This document shows positions 9,989 to 20,546 of a DNA stretch of 64,000 nt, in pieces; position 1 is the stretch's first letter, and each line of letters starts with the position of its first letter. The stretch comes from a virus. A program made the position numbers and the translations under genes. Below the pieces are notes generated by a model. The model saw nothing but the letters and a program-made list of their open reading frames with translations. It had not been told where the DNA came from and made no database searches. Location of the stretch: the IMG/VR virus record IMGVR_UViG_3300010244_000098. One strand, given 5' to 3'.

Positions 9989-11089
9989 TTACTGTTCTAA
10001 CCAATTAGATAAAGATACAGGTTTTCCATCTTGTTGCTGACTATGAATAGACAAAAATACATTTTTTAAAGAAAGGAATAGATATCCTTTAAAGCTCGTT
10101 TTTATCTGACCTTGCTTATTCATTTCACAAACGTGCCAGAATGTGGTGCTCAATTGACGTTCGTAGTGTTCCGAATCACTCACCCAATAATCATTAACTG
10201 ATACAATATCACCCACGACTTTCTCAGCTTCGATATGGGCGTATTTTAACTTCTCCCAAAGTAAACGAAAGACAGTGAAATCTCCTTTCGCATAATGGCG
10301 CATGTTTTGAACAATATACGAACCAAACCGGTCTTCGATCCCTTCTCTTTGAATCAACGTGCTGATTAATTGGGTATCGTGTCCAGGGTCATCTGCCAAT
10401 CGATCATTCGCTTGTTGAAATAAATCATCTTCAAATGAATATGAATCTTGATTCTCTTTAAAATCTTTAGGGCTTATTAAGTTCTTCTTACTAGGGGTTA
10501 ATTTTTGACCCCCCCGGGGTGAATTTTTAACCCCCTTCTGTTTTTCGGTATTTGAAGAACCTTGTTGTTGAGCCTTTTCAAAGGAGGGGGTTAATTTTTG
10601 ACCCCCTTCTGTTTTTTTGGCATTTTGATTCCCTTTCATACTCTCTGATATTCTTTCTTTTCGTTCTTCTGGTAAATCTTCTGTCTCTTGAATGTCATCA
10701 TCATATGTAATAATATATTTAGCTTCTTCATCATTAGCAGGAACTGGACGTGTTAAATAAAGACGACTCGTTTGCCCCTCTATTTCTACTTCTTCTAATA
10801 ATCCAGTTTCTTTTAATTTTTTCTTAGCGCTTTTTACAGTATTTTTATTTATATTTAGAATGGTTGATAGATTTTTTATACTATATAAAAAATAAATATC
10901 GCCTTTATCATCTATCCAATTATTTTTGATACTAACTTTTAAACGATTTAATAAAACGACATAGGCTTGCCTATCGTTGGCATTTAATGTGTTTTTATAA
11001 AACTCTCCTAATAATAATAACTTTGGAAACTCAAAATACTCTTGCTCTGCTCTATTTTTTACATTATGTCTAGTTGATCGCTTTGTCAT
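9989..11089 (-). CDS. repA: RepA_N-family plasmid replication initiator
   Basis: YFEFPKLLL..EFYK..L...AYVVLLNRLKVSIKNNWIDDKGDIYFLYS...KKKLKETGLL...RLYL. Confidence 0.9.
   Translation of the reverse strand: MTKRSTRHNVKNRAEQEYFEFPKLLLLGEFYKNTLNANDRQAYVVLLNRLKVSIKNNWIDDKGDIYFLYSIKNLSTILNINKNTVKSAKKKLKETGLLEEVEIEGQTSRLYLTRPVPANDEEAKYIITYDDDIQETEDLPEERKERISESMKGNQNAKKTEGGQKLTPSFEKAQQQGSSNTEKQKGVKNSPRGGQKLTPSKKNLISPKDFKENQDSYSFEDDLFQQANDRLADDPGHDTQLISTLIQREGIEDRFGSYIVQNMRHYAKGDFTVFRLLWEKLKYAHIEAEKVVGDIVSVNDYWVSDSEHYERQLSTTFWHVCEMNKQGQIKTSFKGYLFLSLKNVFLSIHSQQQDGKPVSLSNWLEQ
10494..10615. repeat. intragenic Rep boxes (oriV) of the RepA_N replicon
   Basis: Three copies of GGGGT(T/G)AATTTT(TG/TA)ACCCCC at ~10494, ~10516 and ~10587. 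RepA_N origins lie inside repA. Confidence 0.8.
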
Positions 11090-11215
11090 TTAAAAAATCT
11101 CCTTCGTTTATTTATCCAATTTACCCATGCAAAACTGAACAAACATCAAAGGAGAAATCCTAACAAATCAGCCGAATGGCTTTACTTGTTTAATGATATA
11201 TGGTATTATTAATAC

Positions 11216-11313
11216 ATAATCAAGTGATTGAGTTGAATGAAAAAATCTTTCATCTCGAAGGATTCTCCTGCTAACTGTTAAGTTTGGTCGCTGTGCAGTC
11301 TTGCAGGTTTTTT
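11216..11313 (+). ncRNA. antisense copy-control RNA overlapping the repA leader
   Basis: Promoter TTTACT-17-TATTAT (11181-11209); terminator hairpin CCTGC...TTTGGTCG loop...GCAGG-TTTTT; antisense to the repA 5' UTR as for pSK41 RNAI. Confidence 0.65.
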
Positions 11314-11401
11314 ATTTCAATTATTGAATATTGTATCACAATGTTCATAAATAAGAAAACCCCTGAAAAAACCCCCTATTCATAAGAATAAGGGGTTTTT
11401 C

Positions 11402-11599
11402 TTAATAATGTCTATCTTCCAAAGCTTCATTAACTAGTTCTTCAGCTACTTCCTGCAGGCTTTTATCGTTCCGTTCTTGTAATTGAAACAGTTTTAATCG
11501 AGTCATTGTTTCTTTTGTTATTTTTACGTGTTTCCACTCGATCGGCTGTTCTTCTTTTTCAATCTCAATAGAGTCTCTTGTTACAAATTTCTTAGGCAT
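11402..11599 (-). CDS. small RHH-type centromere-binding partition protein (type Ib)
   Basis: 65 aa directly downstream of parA; KHVKITKETMTRLK...SLQEVAEELVNEAL. Confidence 0.7.
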   Translation of the reverse strand: MPKKFVTRDSIEIEKEEQPIEWKHVKITKETMTRLKLFQLQERNDKSLQEVAEELVNEALEDRHY

Positions 11600-11605
11600 T
11601 ATTCA

Positions 11606-12394
11606 TCAAGCCTCCTCTTTAGGCAAATAACTCAAGGCCTCATCAACAACTTTTTCATACATACTCATCGTACGCTGGTCATAAGCTCGGTCCAGAGTAA
11701 TTCCTTCATGGCTCCATCGCTTCACAACGGCCGAGTTTTTGATAATATTCTCAAACAATTCCCTCTCAAACAAATCTTTATAACTATTAATGATTTTGCG
11801 GTCCGTGGCGCTGTCCTCAACCAGGTAAGCAACAATACCAAGCACTTCAAATGTATTTCGTTCAGATTCATCGATAAGATAATTATAAAAGATTTTTGTA
11901 TCTTCGCTGTCCCGGGCTAATGATTTTGTCGGGATCAATAAATAATCACTTGCGGATAATACGTTCTCCGTTAATAAATCAACAGCCGGGTTTGTATCCA
12001 ACAATACAAAATCATAACTGTTTTTAACCTCTTTCAGTGTTTCTTTTAACACTAAGCGATGAAATTCTTTTTGGGATTTCCGAGGATAAGCCTCTTGGAT
12101 CGTATCCGAAAAACTTCGCATTTTGGTACTTCCAGCTAACACATCCAGATGTGAACTAACCGTTTGAACCTGATCCGTTACGTTTTCGGATTCGAAACAA
12201 GCGTTGAACAAGTTTTTAGATCGATCAATCTGTACCTGGAACGTATTTTCCACCTCATCCGTCAAATCGCCCTGTTGATCTGTGTCTACGAGCAATACGT
12301 CGTAGCCTTTAAGTTCTGATAATATGTAGCCAAACACAGACGTAGTGGTGGTTTTTCCAACGCCTCCCTTAAAATTTCCAAACGAAATAATCAT
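11606..12394 (-). CDS. parA: ParA/Soj partition ATPase
   Basis: FGNFKGGVGKTTT, LLVDTDQQG, YDFVLLDTNP; probable start MIISF at 12394. Confidence 0.93.
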   Translation of the reverse strand: MIISFGNFKGGVGKTTTTSVFGYILSELKGYDVLLVDTDQQGDLTDEVENTFQVQIDRSKNLFNACFESENVTDQVQTVSSHLDVLAGSTKMRSFSDTIQEAYPRKSQKEFHRLVLKETLKEVKNSYDFVLLDTNPAVDLLTENVLSASDYLLIPTKSLARDSEDTKIFYNYLIDESERNTFEVLGIVAYLVEDSATDRKIINSYKDLFERELFENIIKNSAVVKRWSHEGITLDRAYDQRTMSMYEKVVDEALSYLPKEEA

Positions 12395-12501
12395 ACCGAC
12401 ATTCCTGCCTCTCTTTATTTTTGTAGCAAACAAACGCATAATCACCGACACTCATTTGCACGCCACTGGAACTATTCACTATCCATCATGCCATGAATGT
12501 G

Positions 12502-12557
12502 TCAATTCGTCAACAAATCAACACATTAACTCGTTAACAAATCAATTTGTTAATAAA
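12502..12557. repeat. 8-bp direct-repeat array, putative centromere upstream of parA
   Basis: TCAATTCG TCAACAAA TCAACACA TTAACTCG TTAACAAA TCAATTTG TTAATAAA. Confidence 0.7.
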
Positions 12558-12664
12558 TAAAGACGACAGTTCCACGATAGTTTTCACACATCGATTATAT
12601 GTATGTATTAAAAAAGCCAAAACCTTTTATGGGTTTTGGCTAAGCGTTCTTGTCCAAGATATAA

Positions 12665-13057
12665 CTATGGCGTTTTCGTCGTTCGATTATCATACCACTC
12701 CAATAGATCCATTTTCTCAATGTGTTGAATCTGATCCAATCGGTACGTCACCAAACGTTCGTCTTTCAAACGCAGGGAGATCGCTCCGGTATTATATCCT
12801 TCAACCATACACGTTAAGGTGTGATGTTGGTCATCACGTTCATCACCGACGTCTGCTTGAACAATCATCGGTGTTTTCTTCATATGAGCTAAATAAAGCC
12901 AACGATACACTTCTTCCGTTGATAATTTCACTGTTCGTTCAGATATATGTGCCTGTGTCGATTCTTGCCTTTGCATAAACGGAACCAACCCTTGCCATTG
13001 CGACGTGCTGCGGTCTGTATACCCCGTGTTGTCAGGCGTTACGTTCATTATTTTCAT
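12665..13057 (-). CDS. YolD-like protein
   Basis: YTDRSTSQWQG...LSTEEVYRWLYLA pattern and size; LexA box upstream. Confidence 0.7.
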   Translation of the reverse strand: MKIMNVTPDNTGYTDRSTSQWQGLVPFMQRQESTQAHISERTVKLSTEEVYRWLYLAHMKKTPMIVQADVGDERDDQHHTLTCMVEGYNTGAISLRLKDERLVTYRLDQIQHIEKMDLLEWYDNRTTKTP

Positions 13058-13088
13058 TAATTCGCCTCCTAGTATATAAGAACATTAT

Positions 13089-13102
13089 CGAACACATGTT
13101 CG
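13089..13102. promoter_or_regulatory. LexA/DinR (Cheo) SOS box
   Basis: CGAACACATGTTCG matches the Firmicute consensus CGAAC-RNRY-GTTCG, upstream of the yolD-like gene. Confidence 0.85.
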
Positions 13103-13160
13103 ATAAAAGCAAATTAAAATTCCCCAATTCAGTTATTGGATTGAGGAATCAGGTTATTCA

Positions 13161-14024
13161 TCACTCTTTGTCTTCCCGCATTCGTTTCAATCGCTCCCGA
13201 AAGAATTTCTCTGTTTCCGGGTCTACGTGATCCTCTTCTTCATTATCATTCTCCCAATCCGGCATAGTTTCTTTTCGTATTGTCTTCTTCCGTGATCCGA
13301 CGGACTTTTTCTTCGTGTATTTATTCGGATCATAGGGAGTTGTCTTCTCTGGTTCCCAAGTAAAGATATAAGCGATCACCGGCGTCCCCCGAGAATTGGA
13401 TTTTTCTTTTTCGATATGTAAGTTCTCAAAGTACTCGCTCAACTCATCCATAATGGGCGCGATCACACGTTTATCAATATCGCTTGCCCGATAAGACTTG
13501 GCAATATCCAGCAACATTTTGAACTCGTCAATTTTAAACCGTCTGCGCCCCACGGTACGCCACTGTTTCAACAATCGATACATTGTTTTTGCATACGTAG
13601 ACCGAATATATGTAAATTCTAATAGTTTGAAGTTAGTAAACTGGATATTTAAACGATTCATGATGTACTCATATTCTTCACTCACTTTAACCTGAACCGT
13701 CATATCTGTAAGATCATCATTCCACGACGCTTTAAACTTCTGAAACAAATTCATAATTTCAAAAGAGTTTGACGACCGTTCTATATAATAGATATGTTGG
13801 ATCTTTTTCCCAAGATTTTCCATAACATCAATAAACCGACCCGCATTTCTATCGTCGTAGCTAACTAATTCTTTCAATTCTTCTTTTCCCAAGACAATTT
13901 CTCGAGTCCCTTTGTTCTTTAATTTTGAAAGAATAGCAAAAAAGAAGTTCATCTCCTCCGAGGACCACGTTCTCATTGGGATTGTGTTCAAATCATTATG
14001 ATACTTAACTACTTCATTACTCAT
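13161..14024 (-). CDS. repB: Rep_3 (RepB) replication initiator
   Basis: MSNEVVKYHNDLNTIPMR...EMNFFFAI...RSTYAKTMYRLLKQWRTVG...DIDKRVIAPI. Confidence 0.92.
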   Translation of the reverse strand: MSNEVVKYHNDLNTIPMRTWSSEEMNFFFAILSKLKNKGTREIVLGKEELKELVSYDDRNAGRFIDVMENLGKKIQHIYYIERSSNSFEIMNLFQKFKASWNDDLTDMTVQVKVSEEYEYIMNRLNIQFTNFKLLEFTYIRSTYAKTMYRLLKQWRTVGRRRFKIDEFKMLLDIAKSYRASDIDKRVIAPIMDELSEYFENLHIEKEKSNSRGTPVIAYIFTWEPEKTTPYDPNKYTKKKSVGSRKKTIRKETMPDWENDNEEEDHVDPETEKFFRERLKRMREDKE

Positions 14025-14165
14025 CCGGAAACCTCCTATGTTCTTATCATCAGTTTACATAGGTTCGATCAAAAGGTCAACTGACTATAAAAGACCTTTA
14101 TTTCGACACAGACTATACATTTTTTATTATAGTAAAAAAGAAACGATGAACCCTTAGAATGAATA

Positions 14166-14962
14166 TGTCACATTTTGACCCCTTAAAGAAAATAATACCT
14201 CGTCACAATCTGACCCCTTAAAAACAATGAGGCAGCACCATCGTTCAAAACACATAATATACGCCCTTATCCATGACATTTTTATTCAAAAACCAACGGA
14301 TTGGCACGAACAATTTCACTCCCCTTAGTTTTTGAGGTTAACTCTACAATGATACAAGAGTATGTCACATTTCGACCCCTAAAAGAAATCAATAACACGG
14401 CTATTTACGATTTTTTTGTCACAAAAGGCCTCCGATAAGAGGCCATGTCACATTTTGACCCCTTAAAGAATGGATTTTTCCATCAAAGAATAACGATATA
14501 ATTGTTCAAAAAAGGCTCTACTATAGGGTTTCGAGCATGTCACATTTTGACCCCGATAAGAACCCGTGTCCCATTTTGCCCCTTTGGTTGTCACAAAGTG
14601 ACTCCTTAATTGTCACATTATGACCCCGAAGTTGTCACATTATGACTCCTTGATTGTCACATTATGACCCCGAAGAAGACTGAAACCCCTTCTCGCACAG
14701 GGAGTTTCAAAGTCGGAAATATAGTATTAAACATTATTAAATATTATATAAAAAGACCCCTCCTCCATTCGTCAAATAGAACCTTGTCATAGTGCATCGA
14801 TAAAAAATCTTATCGAAGACCGTCACAGAGCCACTGTCGAGAGGTTATGTTCTTGTTTTTTGAACGAGTTTCTACCATTAAATAGGCATGTCACATTTTG
14901 ACCCCCAAAAGAAATGCCTATACGTATAATTAAAATTGGTTCGTGTCACAAAGTGACCTTAA
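14166..14962. repeat. Rep_3 origin: 22-bp iterons, dispersed iteron copies and an AT-rich tract
   Basis: TTGTCACA(TTA/AAG)TGAC(C/T)CC at 14588, 14610, 14632 and 14654 (22-bp period). Further TGTCACAnnnnGACCCC-like copies near 14166, 14200, 14363, 14446, 14538, 14889 and 14944. AT-rich 14717-14755. Confidence 0.88.
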
Positions 14963-15501
14963 AAAGTTCCTGGTATGTATAAGGATAGATAATAAAAAGC
15001 GTTCCTGCTTATCCAAAACAGAAACGCTCATGAACCTACGTATTCATAAATCACATATTGCTCTTTTACATCATATAGCCAGTAACACAGCTGCCTCTTT
15101 TATCAAAAGTGTATATAAGCGTCATATTTATTCGTGTCTCTTACATCAATAAGTCTAAAACACAGTATTCACGATTACCTAAGTACACTATTGATATAAA
15201 GATATCATAGCTACGTATACATATAATTAAGACTCCTGTTTCTACATCAAAAGATTATAGACACATTTATTTATACTTGTTATTTAGACCTAGTCCACCC
15301 CATACACGAAAATTCACCTGTTTTTCACTTCTATGCCCTTTTTCCATCTCAAAAGCCCCTCGTTCAAAACTTAAGAACAAAAGTTACAAATACTTCTCAA
15401 TTGATTCATGAAGCGACTGATTTTGAATTTGCAGATGATTGGGGCATGCTACCACCTATCAATATAAATAACTATTTAAAAGTAAATGGAAAGGAGAAGC
15501 G

Positions 15502-15777
15502 ATGATGGAACAACAAGCAATAAATATTTTAAACCACTATAAACATAGAATCGGAGAACAAATCGATTACTTCAATAATCATTTTTGGGTAACAACCTTT
15601 GATTATGAAGGTGTAGGATTGTTCGTTTTTACAGCACTTGAAAATCATTTTTCAAAAGAAGATATACGCAGAATGTTAAATAGTAAAACAGCAGATATTA
15701 TAGATGATCCATTAAAGTGCTTAAACTTAAAAATAGTTAAGCAGTCGGCTGGAAAAACCATTGTTTCTAGAGCTTAA
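15502..15777 (+). CDS. hypothetical protein
   Basis: RBS GAAAGGAG, 91 aa. Confidence 0.6.
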   Translation: MMEQQAINILNHYKHRIGEQIDYFNNHFWVTTFDYEGVGLFVFTALENHFSKEDIRRMLNSKTADIIDDPLKCLNLKIVKQSAGKTIVSRA

Positions 15778-15843
15778 CATTAAAAAGACATAATTTTTTA
15801 ACAAGTACACTTGTAAGCATACTTGTTAGTGTAATAATGGTAT

Positions 15844-16300
15844 TAGAAAGACAAAGAACAATTATTTGAAGTCATTCCTTTGACGAGTAATTGAGGTTCA
15901 ACAACTAAATGTTCATCCTCAAATTTTATTATTATTGTGATATTTTTCAATTTGAGAAGAGAGTAGCTTAACAATAGTTCTTGCTATTCTCTCAGTATTT
16001 TGAGAGACAGTTGTTATGGGAATAATTGCTTCGTCAGAAATTGTATTATCAAAGCCAACTAATGCATAATTTTCAAGTGTTTGCTTGTTATTCTTTACCA
16101 GGATATTTAATAAAATATTCGTGTATGTGTAATTCGAAACAAATATGCCAATTTTTTTATTTGAATATTTGTTATCAATATATTCAAATATCTCTTCGTA
16201 TTTTTTGTAAGTGTTATGTAATCGTTAATAAATTTGCATGGAATAATTTCATATTCAGGAGACACTTTATATTTATTATTGAATGCAAATCGAAGAAATA
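15844..16300 (-). pseudogene. frameshifted C-terminal remnant of a LacI/GntR sugar-binding-domain regulator
   Basis: Manual translation gives IGIFVSNY...ENYALVGFDNTISDEAIIPITTVSQNTERIARTIVKLL, then after a frameshift EHLVVEPQLLVK. Confidence 0.65.
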
Positions 16301-16321
16301 CTATATTTTTATTTACAAACA

Positions 16322-17626
16322 TTAATCTACTGCGTTCCCTAATATCCATTCAATCCAACTAATAGCACTTTGCGTACGTCGGTTAATTGTATTAGTACCT
16401 AAAGAGTTACCGTTACTATCTACTCCATATTTTAGAATCGTTTGTTTAATATAATCTTTATCTACATCTCCACCGTTATAAATATAATGGTTGAAGATTA
16501 TATTTAAAGGTTTATGCTCCAACAATTTTCCTATGATAAATAAATTTCTTTCTTTAGAATTTCTCATCTTTTCTACCTTTTTACCTAATTCAGTAAGCAT
16601 ATATCTACTAGGGCGTTCCTCTGTCCTTTTAGATAAATCTAAATATTTGAGAGAGTTAAAATGATAATCAGATTGTCTTTCGTGGAATTCATAATGTTCC
16701 TGAACCTCTTGTTTACTCCTAGGAGTAGCTAAAAAGTCTAATAAATCTAATACACGAACAAATGTATCTGCCTGGGGAAAAGTCGTATTCTCTTCTACAT
16801 AATTATATTTAGATCTCTTCGCAATACTTATTATTTCTTCCATCGTTATATCAATAGTTTCATTTAACACAAAATCAATCTGGTTAACTTTTTCAATTGA
16901 TGAATAATCTATTAAATCGTTAAAACGATAAATGTGAAAACTAAAAATTTCATCAGTATATGTAAAGAATATGGGAATGATTTCTTTATTGTATTGTTTT
17001 GATGCTATTAATCTATATGGATAATATAATTGTCTTACTATAAAATCATCTGGTACCCTGTTTTTAGCTTCAATAATTGCTATCTTATCTAAATTCTCAT
17101 AGCCCCCATCAATTTCTATTTGAGAATTATCAACTTGAATAGTTTGTCTGTACGTTCTTCCAACAGTATATTCAAATTGCATACTCTTCATTCTACCACT
17201 TAATGTAAGGATACTACATATATCATTGGTTCCCATTACATGATCTATCATGCCTGAGGCGTGAGCTATATTTAACGCTATGCTTTCACTGGTTATATTT
17301 GCGACATCAAAACTTTCTAAGTGATTAGGCAGTTCCTTTTTTATCGGATGCTTTGCTTCAAAATCTATATTCTCGTAAGCCTTGAATTTACCTATAACAT
17401 AAGACCCTCTTGAAACAGGTAAAATGGATAAATTCTTTTTATTAAACAATTTTGGACGTTGAGATTTATGGTCAAATTTAGTCATCAATCGAGGCTCACG
17501 GTCGCCTATTTCTTTTATAGTATCAGCCGTAATGTTAAAAAGACCATATTTTTCAATATAATCTAAAATATTTAATTCATCAAAAAGAGTTTGCCAAGCC
17601 TTGTCATTTTTGGTCAATTTTGCCAT
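16322..17626 (-). CDS. putative type II restriction endonuclease
   Basis: PD-(D/E)xK-like QIEIDGGYE...IIEAKN...RQLYYPYR; immediately downstream of an adenine MTase. Confidence 0.75.
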   Translation of the reverse strand: MAKLTKNDKAWQTLFDELNILDYIEKYGLFNITADTIKEIGDREPRLMTKFDHKSQRPKLFNKKNLSILPVSRGSYVIGKFKAYENIDFEAKHPIKKELPNHLESFDVANITSESIALNIAHASGMIDHVMGTNDICSILTLSGRMKSMQFEYTVGRTYRQTIQVDNSQIEIDGGYENLDKIAIIEAKNRVPDDFIVRQLYYPYRLIASKQYNKEIIPIFFTYTDEIFSFHIYRFNDLIDYSSIEKVNQIDFVLNETIDITMEEIISIAKRSKYNYVEENTTFPQADTFVRVLDLLDFLATPRSKQEVQEHYEFHERQSDYHFNSLKYLDLSKRTEERPSRYMLTELGKKVEKMRNSKERNLFIIGKLLEHKPLNIIFNHYIYNGGDVDKDYIKQTILKYGVDSNGNSLGTNTINRRTQSAISWIEWILGNAVD

Positions 17627-17645
17627 AAAATTCTAACTCCTTAAC

Positions 17646-18509
17646 TTAATTAATTTTATAATTACTAATTAAAACTTCGTCTACTTTTCCTCTTCCATTA
17701 CCTTTACTATTGATAGACCTGCCAACGCCAATGATTTCAGTCGTATTAGAAAAATCACTATATAAATCATGAATTATTGGTACAGATGAATTAGAAAGTA
17801 ATACATAGCAACCTCTAATATCTAATTGGATAAAAACATCTCTTAATCTTTCTTGTTCTTTCATACCAAAGCCATTCAAAGTATACCCAACAAAACTACT
17901 GTTATCGTCAGTTAATGGTGCATAAGGCGGGTCTAAATATACAAAATCTCCTGTTTTAGCTTCTGCTAATGCTTCTTCGTAGTCCCCGTTTAATATTGTA
18001 ATATCTGAATTATTTAAATAATTGCTAACTGCTTTTATGACTGGTGCATTTACGATTCCAGGGTTTTTATAATTTCCATAAGGAACATTAAATTGCCCTT
18101 GTGAATTAACTCTAAATAAACCATTAAAACAGGTTTTATTTAAATAAATTATACGGGCTGCTCTTTCTACATCAGATTTTTCTTTGATTTCACCTGTTCT
18201 ATCCCATTCTCTAACAGAATAAAAATATTCTTTATCATTCAATCTTTCATGCTCTTCAAGTAAAGAAATAAGCTCATCAACGTTATCTTTTATTGTGCTA
18301 TACGTATTAATTAATTCATAGTTAAAATCATTAATAACCACTTTCTTCGGCTCTAAGTCAAAAAGGACTGCACCAGCACCTACAAATGGTTCATAATATT
18401 TATTAAAATTTTTAGGGTAGTATTTCTCTATATTTGGCAACAACTTTCTTTTGCCACCAGCCCACTTTAGAAAAGGCTTGAGTAATGGTTGTGGACTTTT
18501 CTTCGGCAT
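17646..18509 (-). CDS. Dam/D12-class N6-adenine DNA methyltransferase
   Basis: KPFLKWAGGK, YYEPFVGAGAV, NKTCFNGLFRVN, VYLDPPY. Confidence 0.93.
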   Translation of the reverse strand: MPKKSPQPLLKPFLKWAGGKRKLLPNIEKYYPKNFNKYYEPFVGAGAVLFDLEPKKVVINDFNYELINTYSTIKDNVDELISLLEEHERLNDKEYFYSVREWDRTGEIKEKSDVERAARIIYLNKTCFNGLFRVNSQGQFNVPYGNYKNPGIVNAPVIKAVSNYLNNSDITILNGDYEEALAEAKTGDFVYLDPPYAPLTDDNSSFVGYTLNGFGMKEQERLRDVFIQLDIRGCYVLLSNSSVPIIHDLYSDFSNTTEIIGVGRSINSKGNGRGKVDEVLISNYKIN

Positions 18510-18825
18510 TCCTATTCCTCCATATTACAAAATATACTTATATAACCTATTTTATCATAATAAGTATTTCTGTTCTCAATATTTTATAGAAAACTTTATG
18601 GGTAACAATAAGTTAGTCATTTATTGATATTATGTATGGTCTTAGAAAAATTATTAAGTTAAAGCTTTGAGTACTGATAATGTTTCTCCTAATATCTATT
18701 TGCAACTTTACTCGTTTTTTAGGCAAGGATATTCTATTTGCTGAAGACTCTTTTCCAAAATCATACTCTGAGCAGACCTTTTTGAACCCTCATTCTACAA
18801 TGCCCAATAGTTGAGAGCAATACAG

Positions 18826-19260
18826 TTTCAAAACTTAAGGGTTTTGACAATAAAAAATCGATGTTATAATGACAGTGTTTAGAGGTTGTCAAAACCCTTA
18901 GTCAAAAGTGGCGACTCAATTCGAGCCTTTTTGATATGTTTTTACATCGCATACTATTTTATACAATGATTGTTTCATGTATTTGGTTATTAGAATATAA
19001 AATACTATTATGTAAGTAATTACAATACACGAATGGTTCAATTAACTATTTTGTTATTAGTGATTTAAACACTATTACATCATATGCACAATAGAATTAT
19101 TATCACATGACACATTAGACACTTATATGTATAAATAGTAATGAACTCATTGACATCAACGAATACAAAACGCTTATTTTGAAACCGTGTATTATCATAT
19201 AAGACACGGCGCAACCAAATGGCTTTTTGCTTTACAAACACCAATATCATTTCAACAACA
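18826..19260. promoter_or_regulatory. putative res site / resolvase promoter
   Basis: Inverted repeat TAAGGGTTTTGACAA (~18836-18850) / TTGTCAAAACCCTTA (~18886-18900) and further CAAAAC-type half sites upstream of the recombinase. Confidence 0.5.
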
Positions 19261-19273
19261 AAGGAGACTATAC

Positions 19274-19840
19274 ATGAAATACGGATACGCACGCGTAAGT
19301 ACAAAACATCAAGACTTCGAAGGACAGATTCGACAACTCAAAGAGGAACGGTGCGATCAAATTTTCTCAGAGAAAATATCAGGAAAAAGCACCAATCGTC
19401 CTCAGTTCCAAAAAGTGATCTCCCTGCTCGAGCCGGGTGACATGTTAGTCGTTACAAAACTCGACCGATTCGCCCGCAGTACCAAAGAAGCGTTAGAGAT
19501 TATTGAAAACCTCTATGAAAATGGAATTCGAATCCACGTGTTAAATATTGGAATTATTGATAACGAAAACGCCACAGGAAAATTAATATTCACCATCATG
19601 TTTGCTTTCGCCGATTTTGAACGCAATTTAATCCTTGAACGAACCTGGGAAGGCAAAGAAATCGCCCGACAAGATCCGGACTTCAGAGAAGGACGTCCGC
19701 GTAAGTTCAAAAAAGCGCAAATGCGCCATGCTATAAAATTACTGGACGACCACAGTTATAAACAAGTAGAAGAACTAACAGGCATTAGCGTCAGCTCCTT
19801 GTATCGCTACAAGAAAAGAATGCAGGACGAAAAAACATAG
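19274..19840 (+). CDS. serine recombinase (resolvase/invertase)
   Basis: RBS AAGGAG; [28 protein letters not shown]-terminal HTH. Confidence 0.95.
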   Translation: MKYGYARVSTKHQDFEGQIRQLKEERCDQIFSEKISGKSTNRPQFQKVISLLEPGDMLVVTKLDRFARSTKEALEIIENLYENGIRIHVLNIGIIDNENATGKLIFTIMFAFADFERNLILERTWEGKEIARQDPDFREGRPRKFKKAQMRHAIKLLDDHSYKQVEELTGISVSSLYRYKKRMQDEKT

Positions 19841-19861
19841 GATTTTGTTAATCGACTAAAT

Positions 19862-19892
19862 AAAAAGAGCTTCTCATCGAGAGGCTCTTTTT
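19862..19892. terminator. bidirectional intrinsic terminator
   Basis: AAAAAGAGCTTCTC-ATC-GAGAGGCTCTTTTT between convergent genes. Confidence 0.85.
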
Positions 19893-19904
19893 TGTTACTA
19901 TATA

Positions 19905-20282
19905 TTATAACAGAGTCCACAACAGAACCGTAATATAAATCACAGCAATGGATACGCTTAAGGTCAATCCTTTTTGCTTAATGATCTTTGTATCCCTCTC
20001 AACAAGAGCTTTACCGAAATAAATAGCATGGCCGGAAAAGCTAAAGAGAAAAACGCCGTAGAAAAACGTGAATAGGAGTACGCTCAACAGCATCAAAATA
20101 CTCCCCTCAGGCCAAGGATACGATACGGAAAAAGCGAAACTCATAACCGTGAGCAGAAACGAAACGGCTGTAACGCGTCGGCGGATAAGCCAGTACGCAT
20201 ACCACTCTTTTATATCGCTGAATGAGCGAACAGCCATGATTTCTGCAAACGGGTTTCGTGCTGGTATATGTATCATTTTCAT
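19905..20282 (-). CDS. membrane protein
   Basis: Three hydrophobic segments; last gene of the parE operon. Confidence 0.6.
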   Translation of the reverse strand: MKMIHIPARNPFAEIMAVRSFSDIKEWYAYWLIRRRVTAVSFLLTVMSFAFSVSYPWPEGSILMLLSVLLFTFFYGVFLFSFSGHAIYFGKALVERDTKIIKQKGLTLSVSIAVIYITVLLWTLL

Positions 20283-20306
20283 AAAGCCACCTAGACTTTC
20301 TATGTA

Positions 20307-20546
20307 TTATGTAAGGAATAATGTTGCGGAACCTTCAATAAGCAATGCAACAACAACAACGAAATCGAGAAGGATAAGCACAGACAAAAAACCGCCTAAG
20401 CACTGATCAAAGAACGAGTTTCTCGCTACTCGCGTGGTTGCAGATATTCCTTTGTCATTAATGGCTCTAAACTCCCGCACGCTCGAATAAAGCACTGCGA
20501 CAGCTAAAAGTAGATGAATAGCATACATGACATCCTTCCTTTCCAT
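20307..20546 (-). CDS. small membrane protein
   Basis: Two hydrophobic segments; start overlaps the parE stop. Confidence 0.6.
   Translation of the reverse strand: MERKDVMYAIHLLLAVAVLYSSVREFRAINDKGISATTRVARNSFFDQCLGGFLSVLILLDFVVVVALLIEGSATLFLT

Larger units (their letters stand above)
13110..19892. mobile_element. probable cointegrated small theta plasmid (Rep_3 + R-M + resolvase)
   Basis: Own initiator, origin, resolvase with res-like repeats and cargo; visibly more AT-rich than the backbone. Boundaries approximate. Confidence 0.6.

Noticed and set aside
15850-16040. Apparent multi-stem structured ncRNA on the plus strand
   Set aside because: The minus strand translates as a frameshifted LacI-type C-terminus (VGFDN...ITTVSQ), which explains the sequence.
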